Assembly: GCF_009914755.1 (NCBI RefSeq)
Contig: NC_060937.1
Direction: 5' to 3' (one strand)
From: the human T2T-CHM13v2.0 reference genome, Homo sapiens
DNA: 64,000 nt
Shown piece after piece: positions 14,860 to 38,814 of the stretch (its first letter is position 1; every line of letters starts with the position of its first letter). Made by a program: the position numbers and the translations under genes. The notes under the pieces were generated by a model. It made no database searches, was not told the origin of the DNA, and saw only the letters and a program-made list of their open reading frames with translations.

Positions 14860-15850
14860 TGGGACTGGACCATCCACTGCATGGCTCCTGAAAGATAACT
14901 GACCAGGTGGCTCCAATTACTAAGCACAGAACTGTCATGGATCCAGCAGCCCCACACTCTAGGTAGGAGCCCACAGCTGAAAGCAGGGACCCAGTAGAAT
15001 CCACACTCTGGGTAGGAGCCCACAGCTGAAAGCAGGGACCCAGCAGAGTCCACTCTAGGTAGGAGCCCACAGCTGAAAGCAGGGACCCAGCCCCACACTC
15101 TGGGTAGGAACCCACAGCTGAAAGCAGGGACCCAGCCCCACACTCTGGGTAGGAACCCACAGCTGAAAGCAGGGACCCAGCCCCACACTCTGGGTAGGAA
15201 CCCACAGCTGAAAGCAGGGACCCAGCCCCACACTCTGGGTAGGAACCCACAGCTGAAAGCAGGGGCCCAGCCCCACACTCTGGGTAGGAACCCACAGCTG
15301 AAAGCAGGGACCCAGCAGAATCCACACTCTGGGTAGGAACCCACAGCTGAAAGCAGGGACCCAGCAGAATCCACATACCCAGGCTCACGGCCATGCCACC
15401 CATAACAGCCGTGCGGCAGGAGAGCCCAGGGGTCCACTGATAGATGGATAAATGAACAAAATGTAGTCTGCCCATGTGTGGAATATTATTCACCCTTAAA
15501 GAAGGAGGAAATTGTCACACAAGATGCAGTACAGAGGATCCCTGAGGACTGAGGCGAGGGAAAGGACCCCAGCTGCAGAGGACGCAGCCCACGGGACTCC
15601 TCTTATGTGACCCTGGAGTTGCCAAAGCACGGAGACAAGCGCACAGTGGGACTGCCAGGGGCTGGGCAAGGACACGGGGGTCGGTGCTTGACAATGGGGA
15701 TGGCACAGAGACAAGCGCACAGCGGGATTGCCAGGGGCTGGGTGAGGACACGGGGTTCAGTGCTTAACAATGGGGAAGCTCCCAAGAGCTTCAGCTTGGG
15801 AAAATGAAATGGTAAATTTTATATTAGGCATATTTTACCATAATTTAAAA
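14860..15850 (+). mobile_element. L1MB-like 3' end, GC-drifted, containing a VNTR
   Basis: GATCCAGCA..CCACACTCTAGGTA, GATGGATAAATGAACAAAATGT, GGAATATTATTCACCCTTAAAGAAGGAGGAAATT, ATGGTAAATTTTAT..TATTTTACCATAAT. Confidence 0.75.
14940..15375. repeat. 45-bp VNTR (~9.5 copies)
   Basis: CCCAGCCCCACACTCTGGGTAGGAACCCACAGCTGAAAGCAGGGA; starts at 15131, 15176, 15221. Confidence 0.95.
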
Positions 15851-15858
15851 AACAATTC

Positions 15859-16158
15859 AGCCAGGTGGGTGGCTCACTCCTGTGACCCTAGCACTTTGGG
15901 AGGTGAAGGAGGGCGAATCCTCAGAGCCCGGGAGTTCAAGACCAAAACCCCATCTCTGCAAAAAAATAAAAATTAAAAAATGAGCCAGGTGTGGTGGTGC
16001 ACACCTGTGGTTCAGACCACTTCCAGCTACGCAGGAGGCTGAGGCAGGAGGATCGCTTGAGCCTGGTAGGTCACGGCTGAAGTGAGCTGTCACTGTGACC
16101 GCACCACTACACTCCAGTCTGGGTAACAGACTGACACCTGTCATAAAAAATAAAAAAA
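15859..16158 (+). mobile_element. AluJ-like
   Basis: Diverged Alu dimer. Confidence 0.82.
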
Positions 16159-16573
16159 TTCATCCAAAAAACCACAAAACAGAGACTTTAAATGCATTTT
16201 TCAGACAGCAGTGCTGTTTTAATATGCACCCCCACCCACTGCACCCAAGCTCTCCTCTTCCCACCCTGAATCAGCGTTTCTGGCCGCCAGGCTGTGCACT
16301 GGAGACCTTTGGCGGCCATCACTCTGTGGTCAGGATGCAGCCTCTCCCCTGGCAGCCCCAGCTCCCAGCCTTGGGAGCCCCCTCCCCACTGGCTCAGCCC
16401 CGTGGACAGGAGACCCCCAGGAAGGGCAGCAGGATGCACCATGTCCTCCCCGTCCCGTCTTTCTAACCTCTCAGCACTTTAAAGCCACTGGGTTTTTTAA
16501 AATTAAGTATATTGTGTTTAAATGTGTATTTCTCAAAAACTGTTAAAATCAGAAGGGCAGATGTACTTTCTAA

Positions 16574-16897
<324 letters not shown>

Positions 16898-17392
16898 TAG
16901 GTTAATCAATTTTGTTAGCACTCTGAACTTCTGAGAGCCAGGGACCCTATGGTTATGTGATTACTGAGAAAAATCAGAGGAGAAGGGAGTCCAGCAATTA
17001 TGATAACCAGACACAAAAAAGGAAGCCCTGGTGTGCGGCCTCATGAGCGCAGCTGCGTCCGAAGGCCGCGTGAACAGTGCCCGGTGCGAAGCGCACCGGC
17101 AACAGAGGCCGCCTCTCCCTGTCCCGCGAGTCTTCATGGAGCGCATCTGCTCCTTCATGCCCATTTTCTTATTAGCCAGCTAGGCACGTGAATATCTGCT
17201 GAGTGAATTACGATCATTGTTCTCCCCTTGCAAAGGCTTCAGTTTTGATTCTTTCATGGAGGAAGACGTAACTTCAAGTTAAAAGCAGCAGGCGCACCGC
17301 TCACCCCTGGACGCTGAGGCTAGACACTGGGTGGAAACCGGTTCCTTCCGGCCCCCGGGCCCTGCACCAGAGCTCGACCCCCACCGCCTCAC

Positions 17393-17551
17393 CTGTCCTG
17401 ATGGCGTCCTCCAGCCTGGGGTTTCTCTCTCCCTGGAGAAGCTGGTGGTAGTAGCCGGGATTCTGGTCCATCTGCGCCTGGGCCCCACTCAGCACCATCC
17501 AGACGCGGGCACGGTGCTCCAGCGGGACCCCTTTCCGGACATAGCGCTTCA
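17393..17551 (-). CDS. GRTP1: GRTP1 coding exon 3 (VKRYVRKGVPLEHRARVWMVLSGA...LEDAIRT)
   Basis: Acceptor CCTTCAG|TGAAG, donor ACAG|GTGAGG, 159 nt; TBC signature G(V/I)PxxxRxxVW; in ORF 17301..17795. Confidence 0.97.
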
Positions 17552-18307
17552 CTGAAGGCCGAGAGGACGGACAGCGTGTGAGCTGGACCAGGGGCCTGCG
17601 GGGCCCACGCGTTCCTGCCACACTTTCCACTCTCACCAGTTCTCTTCTTAAATCAAATATTAAAGAGACCCAGAACTTCGTCCATCTCCACCAAAACTGG
17701 TACATATACTCCTTTAAAAATTCTGCTCTCCTCTCCCTCTCAACAGAGCACAAACCAGACTGGCTACAGAACCGCCCCCACGCCCACTTCACCATTCAAT
17801 GCAGGTGGTCAAGAAACAGAGCCGCGGTCAGATGGCTGCTCTGCAAAGCTTCCTGGCAGCCGTGCAGAGCAGCAGCAAAGGGGCAAAGCAGTGAGAGGCC
17901 CAGCTGAGAACAAGGAGGCCGGCTGGGCTCAGCTGTGAGCACCTCAGGTGGGACGCCACAGCTGGGAGAACACGGTTTCAGTGGCAGACGTCACTGTCCA
18001 ACTCGTGCAGTTAATCTCTATATATTGAAAGCTACTCCATTTTGTAGGGATATTTTAATTGACAATAAAAATGTGAAAAAGTAATTAGTAATTTTAATGG
18101 CCACAGAAACATATAGGGACAGAAGCCAAAAGCCATGAGCTATCTTCATTAGTCAATACTGAGTAATTTCTTAGGCAGATGGAAAAGGTATGTATGGCTA
18201 ACATCTGAATTAATTATGTTAAGTCCAAAGCTGCGACACTGTGCTCTTAACCTACAAAACAGTTAATTTTCAAAGCAAATATTTAAAGTTTTGCTGTTTT
18301 CCTTTGA

Positions 18308-18630
<323 letters not shown>

Positions 18631-19095
18631 CCTGCACATATTTGAAAAGAAACCAATATTTTAAAAGAAACCATACTTTACAAAAGAAAAGAAGGCATAT
18701 GCAATTTGTAAAATTCTATAAGCTGCCTTAAAAGAAAAAAATCTGAGGCACCAGCTGTATTTAGCAGATAAAAACTCATAACTTTATAGGCTACAGTCAA
18801 GAAAAGCACTATAGGGTAAAACTTTATGAGCTCAAATTCCAAGGTGATCCACAATGTATGATCATCTGGACACGAGCAGATGATCATGTGCTATGTGATT
18901 ACTGAGAAAATCAGGCTCTGGAAGGACAGGCCCTTGTCTGTCCACTGGGCCTCCCACTCCTGGAAGGGAACCTGGGAGGCAGTAATTGCTCACTAAATAT
19001 GTGACGAATTATACAAGGACAACGAGGGAAGACCCAGAGGAGAGAGAAAACAGACACTAATGCCATCCACTGAAAGCCAAAGAATCCCTCTTAAG

Positions 19096-19720
<625 letters not shown>

Positions 19721-20092
19721 TCAGGTAAGAACATCTCAGCACACTTGGTTTACGGTTTATTCACACTGCTTACGGGAACATGAAAAACATGTTTTGCTTT
19801 ATTTTTAAAATTCTACCAAAGACACCAATAATTCAGCCTGACTTTCCTCCAAGTTAGTACGATTCATACTGAGGTTTGCTGTAGGTCTCATGACCCTCAG
19901 AGGGCAGCTTGACCAGGAATGCTCTGAATGAGTTCTTAGTCATTCTGTGCTATACAACAGCAGGAGACGGTGAGTCCCAGCACAGGCAAGGACTGTTCTA
20001 ACTGAGAGGGACAGAAGCAGAAAGGAGAGGCCATGCAAAAACCAGTGGTACTTCTACAAACTAATAATGAACACCTTGAAATCATATATTTA

Positions 20093-21570
<1,478 letters not shown>

Positions 21571-21572
21571 AG

Positions 21573-21790
21573 GCCAGGTGCAGTGGCTCATGCCTGTAAT
21601 CCCAGGAGACTCCATCTCTACAAAAAAACCCTTAAAAATTAGCTGGGCATGGTGGTGCACACCTGTAGTCCCAGCTACTCTGGAGGCTGAGGCGGGAGGA
21701 TTGCTCCTCTAGGCTGCAGTGAGCTATGATCGTCCCACTGTCCTCCTGCCTGGGTGACAGAGCAAGACCCTGTCTCGATAATAACAATAA
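21573..21790 (+). mobile_element. Internally deleted AluJ
   Basis: Alu consensus pieces. Confidence 0.78.
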
Positions 21791-21824
21791 TATCAAGGTT
21801 GTATTTAAGAGAAAGGTCGAAATG

Positions 21825-21935
21825 GCTAAATGCACCAGCTCTGGAGTCAGACACTCTGCTCCGCTATGACTTGCAGGCTCCAGACCCTGAGCGTGCCTTG
21901 GTTTCCTCATCGTAAAGTGAACAGAAGGCACCGAG
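21825..21935. mobile_element. MIR core fragment
   Basis: CTCTGGAGTCAGAC...CTGAGC.TGCCTTGGTTTCCTCATC.TAAA. Confidence 0.55.
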
Positions 21936-23029
21936 CCTGCACCCAAGGCCCCCGAGCAGCTCTGGCAGTTGGAGCAACACCCGGAAGCTTCACGGAACAA
22001 AGAATTCTGCGACTTTTTGATAAGTTTGTTATCTGGATTTACACTGTTTCTTTATAGAAGAAAGAAAATTGTTTACTTGTCCTCACAGACTGACACTTTC
22101 CCAAGGGCAGGGCTAACGCACAGAGCATCACTAATGTTTGGAGAAGTATAAAATATCAAGTCAAAACAGTTGGGAAATTTTTAAAAAGAAGCTACATCCA
22201 GAGAACTGACGTCCATCTGTCTACCCTGACAAAGTTAGGCAAATCCCCAGTTTTTCGGTGTATCTTTGAAAATATGTTTTCTCGATTTAACTTAGGTGGT
22301 GTTAATATTCTAAGCCACCAGGAAGGAGGTCTCAAAGAAGCCAACGGCCCTGAAGCTGCTTCCCTGCAGACGTCTATTCTCGAGATGGAGAATGAAATAG
22401 GAATCCAACAGGACTAAGTTTGTTGAATTTAGTCTTTCCAGGGAGGAAGAGGAAGCTGTCTTCCTAAGGGCTCCTGGTGGATATTTGCTATGGAAAAAGG
22501 AAAATACAATATTTATTGTACCCACCAAGAGTGTGATCAGGCAGAATACATAATAACTGTCCCTTAAGACATGTGGAATGCTGAGATTGGTAGATGATTG
22601 TGTTCCTGGAGACTTTAACATGGGGAGTGCAGATGAAAACCCTCCAAAAGCAGAGGAAAGAACTCTATCACTGTCAGCCTGGAATACCTGGCAGGAAGAA
22701 GTGGTATTCCCATTTTTGGAATAACTCGTCCACTCCAGTTTTATACCCGACCCTCTGCTCTTGGGGCTTTGCCAGTGCTCATGGGCACCCTGACGGTCAC
22801 ACTGGGACCCAGGCCCCAGGCCAGTAGAGACACGCGATCACTGACTCCATGTGCCTCCCACCGGAGTCACCAGCATCCCTACTCCCTGCAGAACAGGCCC
22901 ACAGCCCTGTGGCTCCCACCCCTCAGGCTGAGGCTCATATAGGATCAAAGAGATATATTTGCTCACAGACCCATTTATGCCAGTGATGCTTGCTACCATA
23001 ATTACATGGTCCAATTAACATTACATAAA

Positions 23030-24840
<1,811 letters not shown>

Positions 24841-25194
24841 AAAAGTTGATCTTGTCACCCCCTGCCTGGAAAACCTTTAACAGTTGGCTTCTCTGTGCCT
24901 GGCCGTGGTCACCACACACCTCCGACCCTCCGCCCAGGTGCAGGGCCCCTGGTTTCATCTCTGTCCTTCCCCACCAGGTCCCTACTGCTCGGTCCCTGGA
25001 AGCCCAGCTGCCATTCACATCCCCCTTCTCAGGAAGCCCCCAGGACTCCCCTTTGACCCCACTTCTCTGAGTTCCTAGCTCCAGGGCACACTCCCACCAA
25101 GCCCTCACCCCAGGCAGACACTTCATTCATTCACTGAACACACAGGGAAGTCGCCTGGCACTGCCCCAGGTTCTGAGGACTGAGCAGTGAATGA

Positions 25195-26110
<916 letters not shown>

Positions 26111-26219
26111 CTGCAAAACCGAGAGAAGGAGGCCGGCGTCCCCGAAGTTTCCTCTGGGGGGTCGCGGGCCCGCGCGGGGACCGCAGCCGCCGGGGACGCC
26201 CGCACCCCGCGCCACACAC

Positions 26220-26251
26220 CTGGGGACCCGCGAGCGCTCGGCGGGCTGCAT
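26220..26251 (-). CDS. GRTP1: GRTP1 coding exon 1 (ATG; MQPAERSRVP+R)
   Basis: ATG at 26251 (plus strand cat 26249-26251); 32 nt ending CCCAG|GTGTGT donor; joins exon 2 in frame (AG+G=Arg); matches the recalled GRTP1 N-terminus. Confidence 0.93.
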
Positions 26252-26344
26252 GCGGGGAGGGAGGCGCGCACCGAGCGAGGCCAGCGGGTCCCAAGTTCGC
26301 CTCCCGGCTCCGGGGCGCTTAAGTCCTTCCGGCGGGACCGCGGG

Positions 26345-26820
26345 CGCGTGGGGGCGGGGCGGGGAGCGGAGAGGGGCGGGGCTGGAGGCGGGGGCGGGGG
26401 GGGGCAGGGCGGGGGGAGGGGCGGCTGGGGGCGGGGAGGACTTGGGGAGAGAGGAGGGGCAGGAGCGGGGGAGGGGCGGGGGAGGGCCGGGGGTGGGGCA
26501 GGGGAGCACCCAGGGCGGGGGAGGGGCGGGGCTGGGGGGGGCGGGAGGACTTGGGGAGAGAGGAGGGGCAGGAGCGGGGGAGGGGCAGGGGAGCACCCAG
26601 GGCGGGGGAGGGGCGGGGCTGGGGGCGGGGAGGACTTGGGGACAGAGGAGGGGCAGGAGCGGGGGAGGGGGAGGGGCAGGGGAGCACCCAGGGCGGGGGA
26701 GGGGGCGGGGCTGGGGGCGGGAGGACCTGGGGAGAGAGGAGGGGCGGGGGAGGGGGAGGGGAGAGAGGAGAGGGTGGGGGCGGGGCGGGGAATGGGCGGA
26801 GGGTGGGGGCGGGGCGGGGC
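26345..26820. repeat. G-rich imperfect tandem repeat (~85-110 bp, ~3.5 copies) in the proximal promoter
   Basis: Recurrent GGAGGACTTGGGGAGAGAGGAGGGGCAGGAGCGGGGGAGGGG...GGGGAGCACCCAGGGCGGGGGAGGGG units. Confidence 0.85.
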
Positions 26821-28980
26821 CTGCTCCCGGGGCTTCCGAGGCCGCGGCGTCCCGCGGGCAGAATCGGGGGCGCCTCCCGCAGAACCCCCGCGGCCTGGAC
26901 CCGGGTGAGAGGAGCTTCTTCTGCGATTCCTTCAAACCTCAGTGCCTGGCCGACCCGACTCTGACACCTGACTCCTATTTTTATTTTATTCTTTATTTTC
27001 TCCGCTGCATTTCAAGGCCGAGACCAACACACAAATGAGAAGCCCCCAGGGGCGCCCGCCCGTTCCTGCCCCCCCAAACCAGGGACCGGGGTCCCCCCAC
27101 CGGCGAGCCAGGCCTGGGAGAATCCGGGGCAGCTCTGGTTCCGAACGGCTTCTTCTCGGTCCGCATCCAATGACATTGTCCTGAGATTTCAGCTGCTTTT
27201 CGTGTCCGGGAGGCCCCGGAAATTTGCCAGAACTGCAGATTTTGAATTTTGCTCTGGCGACGTGGCAAAGGGGAGCCCCCAGACGTGAGGCGCTGGGGCG
27301 ACCTCGCCCTGGGTCCCCCAGGGGTCTGGAGCGGGGGCTCCTCCGACAGGCCTCTCCCCGCCTGTAATTTAGGCCCAGGGCGACCTGGACAGGCCCCAGG
27401 AGGAGGCCGTCCCCGGACTCCAGACGCACTTTCCTGTGAGAAGCAGCCCGGCCTCGTCTGGGTGAGGCGAGGAGCACAGGCTCAGCGTCCCCTGCGCGTC
27501 CGTCAGGGCCTTTCGGAACCAACTTGGGACCTTCCCATGGGTGTTTCCGGAATGTTCCATGCGAGCGCCACCCAGGAGCCTGGTCAGCAGCGTGTGGAAC
27601 GGACCGGTCCCTAAGTGCGGACTCCCGCCTCTGCCTTTCACCCTTCTCCAGCCCTTGCAAGACCGGGGGGCGGGGTGGGGGTCAGTGCCCAGCGGAGCAG
27701 AGCCCCCGACACGGTTCCTCCCGTTCCTAGTCTGCTGGTTCTGGGAACTCCCCAAGCTTTCAGCCCAGCTCCTCAGCACTGGCCTTTGGTAACACGCGGC
27801 GTCCCTCATTTGAAAGATCACACAGCCCCCACTCTACGGTCTGACCTCCTTGGGATGTTTAGACCCAAGCCAGGAGACAGGGCCATAGCCTCCTGCCCCT
27901 CGGCCTACGGGTGCCCCACAGTCCAGGACTGACAGGTGGGCGTCCGTCCCCAGGGTCTTCGAACCCCGTCTGGGCTCCTCTCTGCCTAAGTCAGTGACTC
28001 CCTGAACCCCTCTCGGGCTCTAACTGACGCCCGAATTTCCTATATCGCATCCCTCGCGCTTTCTGGAGCAACAGACACAGTCCTGCTCCCCACTTCCCAG
28101 CACCCGGGGTCCTGCGCCCAAATCGCCCCACACCGCGCAGCTTCTGTTCCAACCCCAGGCCTGGAAGCCTCACGGCTCCCCTTTTCCCTAATTCCTGCCT
28201 TCTGGCCATGGAGATGGGGTTCTAACCTCCCTTTCCCACCACTGCCGTGGAAAGCAGCGTGGCAGGCAGCACGGACCAGGGGCCGCCAGCTCCCGAGCCT
28301 GAGTGTGATGGCGGGACTGCCACCAAGTGTATTTTTGGGCCAGATGTAGGGAGACTGTGGGGGAGCAGGTCAGATAAGAGCGGTGCCCTCCAGGAAGAGT
28401 GGAGAGGAGAGATACAGAGAGGCCAGAGCCCCAGGCTCTGTGCAGGGTGGGCAGCCAGACCGAGGCAGCTAGAAAGGTCTCCCGCTCCAGCCCAGGCCTG
28501 GCCAAGCCCCAACCTGGGACCTGACTGGGAGACAGCAGCTCCTATCTGGAACAGCTCCCACCTGGGACAGCTCCCACCTGGGACTGTGTCCCTCAGGTGC
28601 CTCCATTCACCGCCCCCCCGACCCCAGTGCCAAGCACCCAGCAGGCACCCGAGCATCCTCACACAAACTCCCTTTCTGTGAAGCCACCAGCACAGTCAGC
28701 CATGATGCAAAAGCCAGGTGCACACCCACCCCAGGAGTGACTGTGCTGGCCACAGCCGCTCCAGACAGCCCTTTCCGGGGGAGGCTTTGCAGTGCTGGAG
28801 CTCTGGGTCAGCTTGCCCTGCAGTTCAGGGACTCAGAATTCACCCTCCCCCGGGGGACCCAGCTCCCTTGCAGGAGGCCCTCTTCAGTCTGAGGGGCCTC
28901 AGGGGCCACACCAGGGGGCCTCTGTGGGGTCACCACCCATGATGCCCCTCCTCCCTTCAGGAATTCAGCCGTCTTGTTGC

Positions 28981-29281
<301 letters not shown>

Positions 29282-29974
29282 CTTGTTGCTTTTTTTGTAG
29301 AAGCTGCTGCCCTTTGGAAGTTAGAAGGGCTTCAGGAGTACTTCAGTTCTGGGGTGCCCATCAAGATAGAAGGAACGTCTAGCATCCCCAAGGCCGGGAG
29401 GACCTGAGAAAATGGGATGTGAGTACAGAGGACAAAGATAACGGCAGCAGAACCCACCGAGCAGTGATGAACCATGACGTGGGCATCTTCGTGGAGCCAC
29501 AGCATGTGCCAAACCCCACGGAGCTCCAGGCTGTCCTGGAGGCTGAAGCCAGTCAATTGACCACATGCTGCCTGGTTACAGGAGACGGGCAACTGGGAGT
29601 GGGGAGGGTCACCCAAATCTCACTGCAGGAAATTCCAGTGCAGTGCGACTCTAGCCCTGAGGGGAGGACAGGTCTTGCCAGAGACCTGTGGGTCCTGGTG
29701 CTGCAGAGCTGGCTGGGGACTGGGACGCTGCATTTCCAACCTGCTAGCAGGAGGCCCTGCTCTGGCCCATGGACCGCATTGTGCAGCCAGGCTGTGGAAC
29801 CCGTGGCCTGATTTTCAGCAGAGGGCTGGAGACAGAAATCAGCGGCGAGGGGGCAATGTTATAGGTGGAAAGGGTGTGTTAATATTTCAGGGAGAGTCAA
29901 GCCCTCATCTGAGGTGTGTGTGTATATACATACATAATAATATATAACAGTAATGATTATTTTTAAGGAAAATT

Positions 29975-30570
29975 GACAGTGATAAGCTTTACCTGAGCCC
30001 TATGATCCTGGGAGGTTAGGAAGTCCCCCCCTTTATGTTCTGGAAACAGCTCAGAACCCTGTCCCCAGGTGACAAAGATGAGATTCATGATGTCCCTTAT
30101 TTACCTGTGACAAGGCTGGACACATCCTCCAAAGTCCTGTCTTTTGCCTCATAAATATGTAACTGAACTGTTGTTCTAATTGGAACCAAATACACTGGTG
30201 ACCAGTTCTGGTTAAGTCTCCTCCAGGGCCCTGACCGTGGGCCCAGTGACCAGTTCTGGTTAAGTCTCCTCCAGGGCCCTGACCATGGGCCCAGTGACCA
30301 GTTCTGGTTAAGTCTCCTCCAGGGCCCTGACCATGGGCCCAGTGACCAGTTCTGGTTAAGTCTCTACCAGGGCCTTGACTGCGTGCCCAGCCTCAGCCTG
30401 GGCAGGGGTTCAGATGCAGCTTTCTCGCATTGCTGCCTGGTCAACAGGCCCCCCACCCCCCTCCCCACACCTGCTGCTCCACTGCACACAAGAAAACCGC
30501 GTTTTGCCCAACTCTTGAGACCTCACCGGTCTGACACACTTGCAATCATCCTTTCAGAAACAGTACCAAG
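29975..30570 (+). mobile_element. Degenerate ERV1-class LTR (MER34/MER39-like, family uncertain)
   Basis: TTTACCTGAGCCCT..TTTACCTGTGACAAGG..TTTGCCTCATAAAT..CTGAACTGTT resemble recalled MER34/39-group LTR text. Confidence 0.45.
30198..30389. repeat. 48-bp tandem repeat (4 copies)
   Basis: GTGACCAGTTCTGGTTAAGTCTCCTCCAGGGCCCTGACCATGGGCCCA at 30198, 30246, 30294, 30342. Confidence 0.95.
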
Positions 30571-30660
30571 TCTAGATTTTTTAAAACGCTCTCAATTTAT
30601 TTATTTATTGCTCCTGGCAACCACTCTTCTACTTTCTGCTTCTACGCATTGGAGATTTGC

Positions 30661-33460
<2,800 letters not shown>

Positions 33461-33699
33461 CTTTGCGAGAATGAGAGACGGAGCAAATCGTTGTCTCCGG
33501 GCCATCCAGGAAGCCTTCAGGAAGCGATGTTTGTTCGGAGCGGGCGGTCCCACCTGAGCCTGCTCTAGCCTGACTGCCAAGCCCTGAAGGGCCCAGTGTA
33601 GGGCCAGGGCAGGAAGCTTGGTGGGGGCTGTGGTTGCTCCCCACCCCCTTCCCCTCTTCTCCCTTCCCCAGTGGAGCCCGCACGGTGCAGCGCTGCACA

Positions 33700-36484
<2,785 letters not shown>

Positions 36485-37279
36485 TTCTTTTTATTTTTAA
36501 ATTAGAGACAGGGTAAACTTAAACCTAACCATATAATTCATTTCATTAATGATCTAAACACTCCAATTAAATAGCAAAGATTTTTAAACTGGATAGAAAC
36601 TAAGACCAGCGTGTACACCACCATCTACCAGAAAGGCTTTTGCTGTTGTTGTTTCAGAGACAGGGTCTCGCTCTGTTGCCCAGGCTAGAGTGCAGTACCT
36701 GCTATATTTTCTGACTATCACTGATTCGGGGGTTCTGCGGAAATAGTGTTTATGAGCAGGGATTAAAGAAAGAGTGTGAAAACAGGTAGGAAGCCATCTC
36801 TCCCCACTGGAAATGCACACAGCACACATGTAGCTCTGAAATTGCCCACAGGGACAGCCAGGCGGGGTTATAGGAAAACAGTAAGAGTGATTTTGGAGCT
36901 GAGACAGTTCTCAGGGAGAAATGACCTGTGGACATACACTGCCTCCTAGGGTTCATGTCCAGTGACGGTGAGGAGGGCACCAGGCGCTGTGCTGGGCTGG
37001 AGCTCCCGGCAGGGCCAGGCTTCCAGCATCACTGAAGACTGTCACAGAAGGGATAAAACCGCTCACAAGCCACCCTGCAAGACAGCACTCCCTGGACGGC
37101 TTCCTCCCCAGAATTCTTGGAGATGGGGTTTCTTTACAAACCCAGAATGCTGCTCAGACCCTCTGACCCTGGGGTGGGTGCAGGAGGGCCCAGTGAGGCC
37201 TGAATCCTCCTGGCCCTCCCTGGCTCTTCTCCCTCTGAGATAGGGAGCGGGGGAGGGAGAAGAGACCCACAACCCGCTT

Positions 37280-37590
37280 GGCTGGGCGCGGTGGCTTATG
37301 CCTGAAATCCCAGCACTTTGGGAGGCCAAAGCAGGCGGATCACCTGAGATCAGGAGTTCAAGACCAGCCTGACCAACGTGGAGCAACCCTGTCTCTACTA
37401 AAAATACGAAATTAGCCTGACGTGGTGGCACATGCCTGTAATCCCAGCTACTCGGGAGGCTGAGGCAGGAGAACTCAGGAGGCAGAGGTTGCGTGAGCTG
37501 AGATCGCGCCATCGCGCTCCAGCCTGGGCAACAAGAGAGAAATTACATCTCAAAAAAAAAAGAAGAAGAAGAAGAAGAAGAAGAAGCCAC
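37280..37590 (+). mobile_element. AluS with (GAA)n tail
   Basis: Alu dimer followed by A-run and ~8 GAA. Confidence 0.9.
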
Positions 37591-38814
37591 ACTTTGCTTT
37601 GGCCGCATTCTTGGCTGGCCTCCACTCAGCCTTGGCAGCAAATGTTTGTCGCAGAGGAACCCTGGTGGGATTTGCTGTGGGACCCAGCAGATGAGATGTG
37701 GGTGCCCACCTGTGCTTCAGTCGCTCCTGTGTGAGGACGGGGCAGACCTGGAGCCGCATCCTCCAAGTTCATGTGCCACGTAAGAGAAGGTCGGGGTGGG
37801 GGGGGCGGTGCTGGAAGCCCCTGGAGGGGACAGCACTGGAGTCCCAGGACGGCAGCTTCACACTCGTACAGGCGCCTTGTGGTCCCTTACCGTCTGTTTT
37901 CTCTTTGGCGCCAGGACTGACTGATTTAATCACACCATGGCGGATTGATCCCCGGAGAGATGAGGCTGGGGACTCTTGCCTGATGGCTGACCTGAGGATC
38001 TGACTCCTGGGCACTCCATGGGCATCTCCAGCTTGATACACACCCACCCGCAGGCACCCCAGAGCCACCGCCAGCGTCCCAGAAGGTCCAGGGAGGGGCC
38101 TGCTACCCCTGCAGCCCTCAGGCCTGAGCACAGAGCATCTCTGGGGGCTGTCTGTCTTCCTGCTGCCTCTCTGGACTGAATGTGGACTCTGGCAACAGCT
38201 CCGTCTTCCTCATCTCTGAATCCCCAGTTCCCAGGACAGTTCCAGTTATTCATTGTGTGACAAATCGCCCCAGAGTTGTGGTTGGAACAAGAGCCCTCCT
38301 CTCTTTGTGCCCTTCCAGGGTTCCGGGTGGCCTGGGCACCTCCAGGTGGTCCTCAGGGTCTCGCCATCATGGTCACACCCCTGGGGCCAAGGGGTATCTG
38401 AGGGCTGGTCATGACCCACCTGGGGTCAGTGGTGGCTGTCAGCTGTCACTCAGCTGTGCCATCACTGGGTCACCCACCCACGCTTGTCTGCAACGCCTAC
38501 ACACTGCCTGGAGGCTGGGCTTGGAGAGCTGGTGTGCTAGATGGACAAGAGGAAACTGTGTCACCATGTTGCTTCTGCCAAGTCACAGCCACCCAGAGTC
38601 AGGAGCAGAAACACAGACCCCTCTCCTCCATAGAGGAGCCAGTCACAGCCTACGAGGAGTGGGGCTGCCATGAGCACTTTGGAAAATAGGACCTGCGACT
38701 CCTAAACACAGCAGGTGCTCACCCAGGGCCTGCTGGATTCACAGGCGAATGTGAGGAAAAGAAGAGCTGGGGTTTGTGTGATGTCATCCTCCATGACGTG
38801 CTCAGAAAGTTCTG

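Noticed and set aside
37553-37587. Alu-tail (GAA)~8 resembling expansion-prone GAA loci
   Set aside because: Short, intergenic and common in Alu tails
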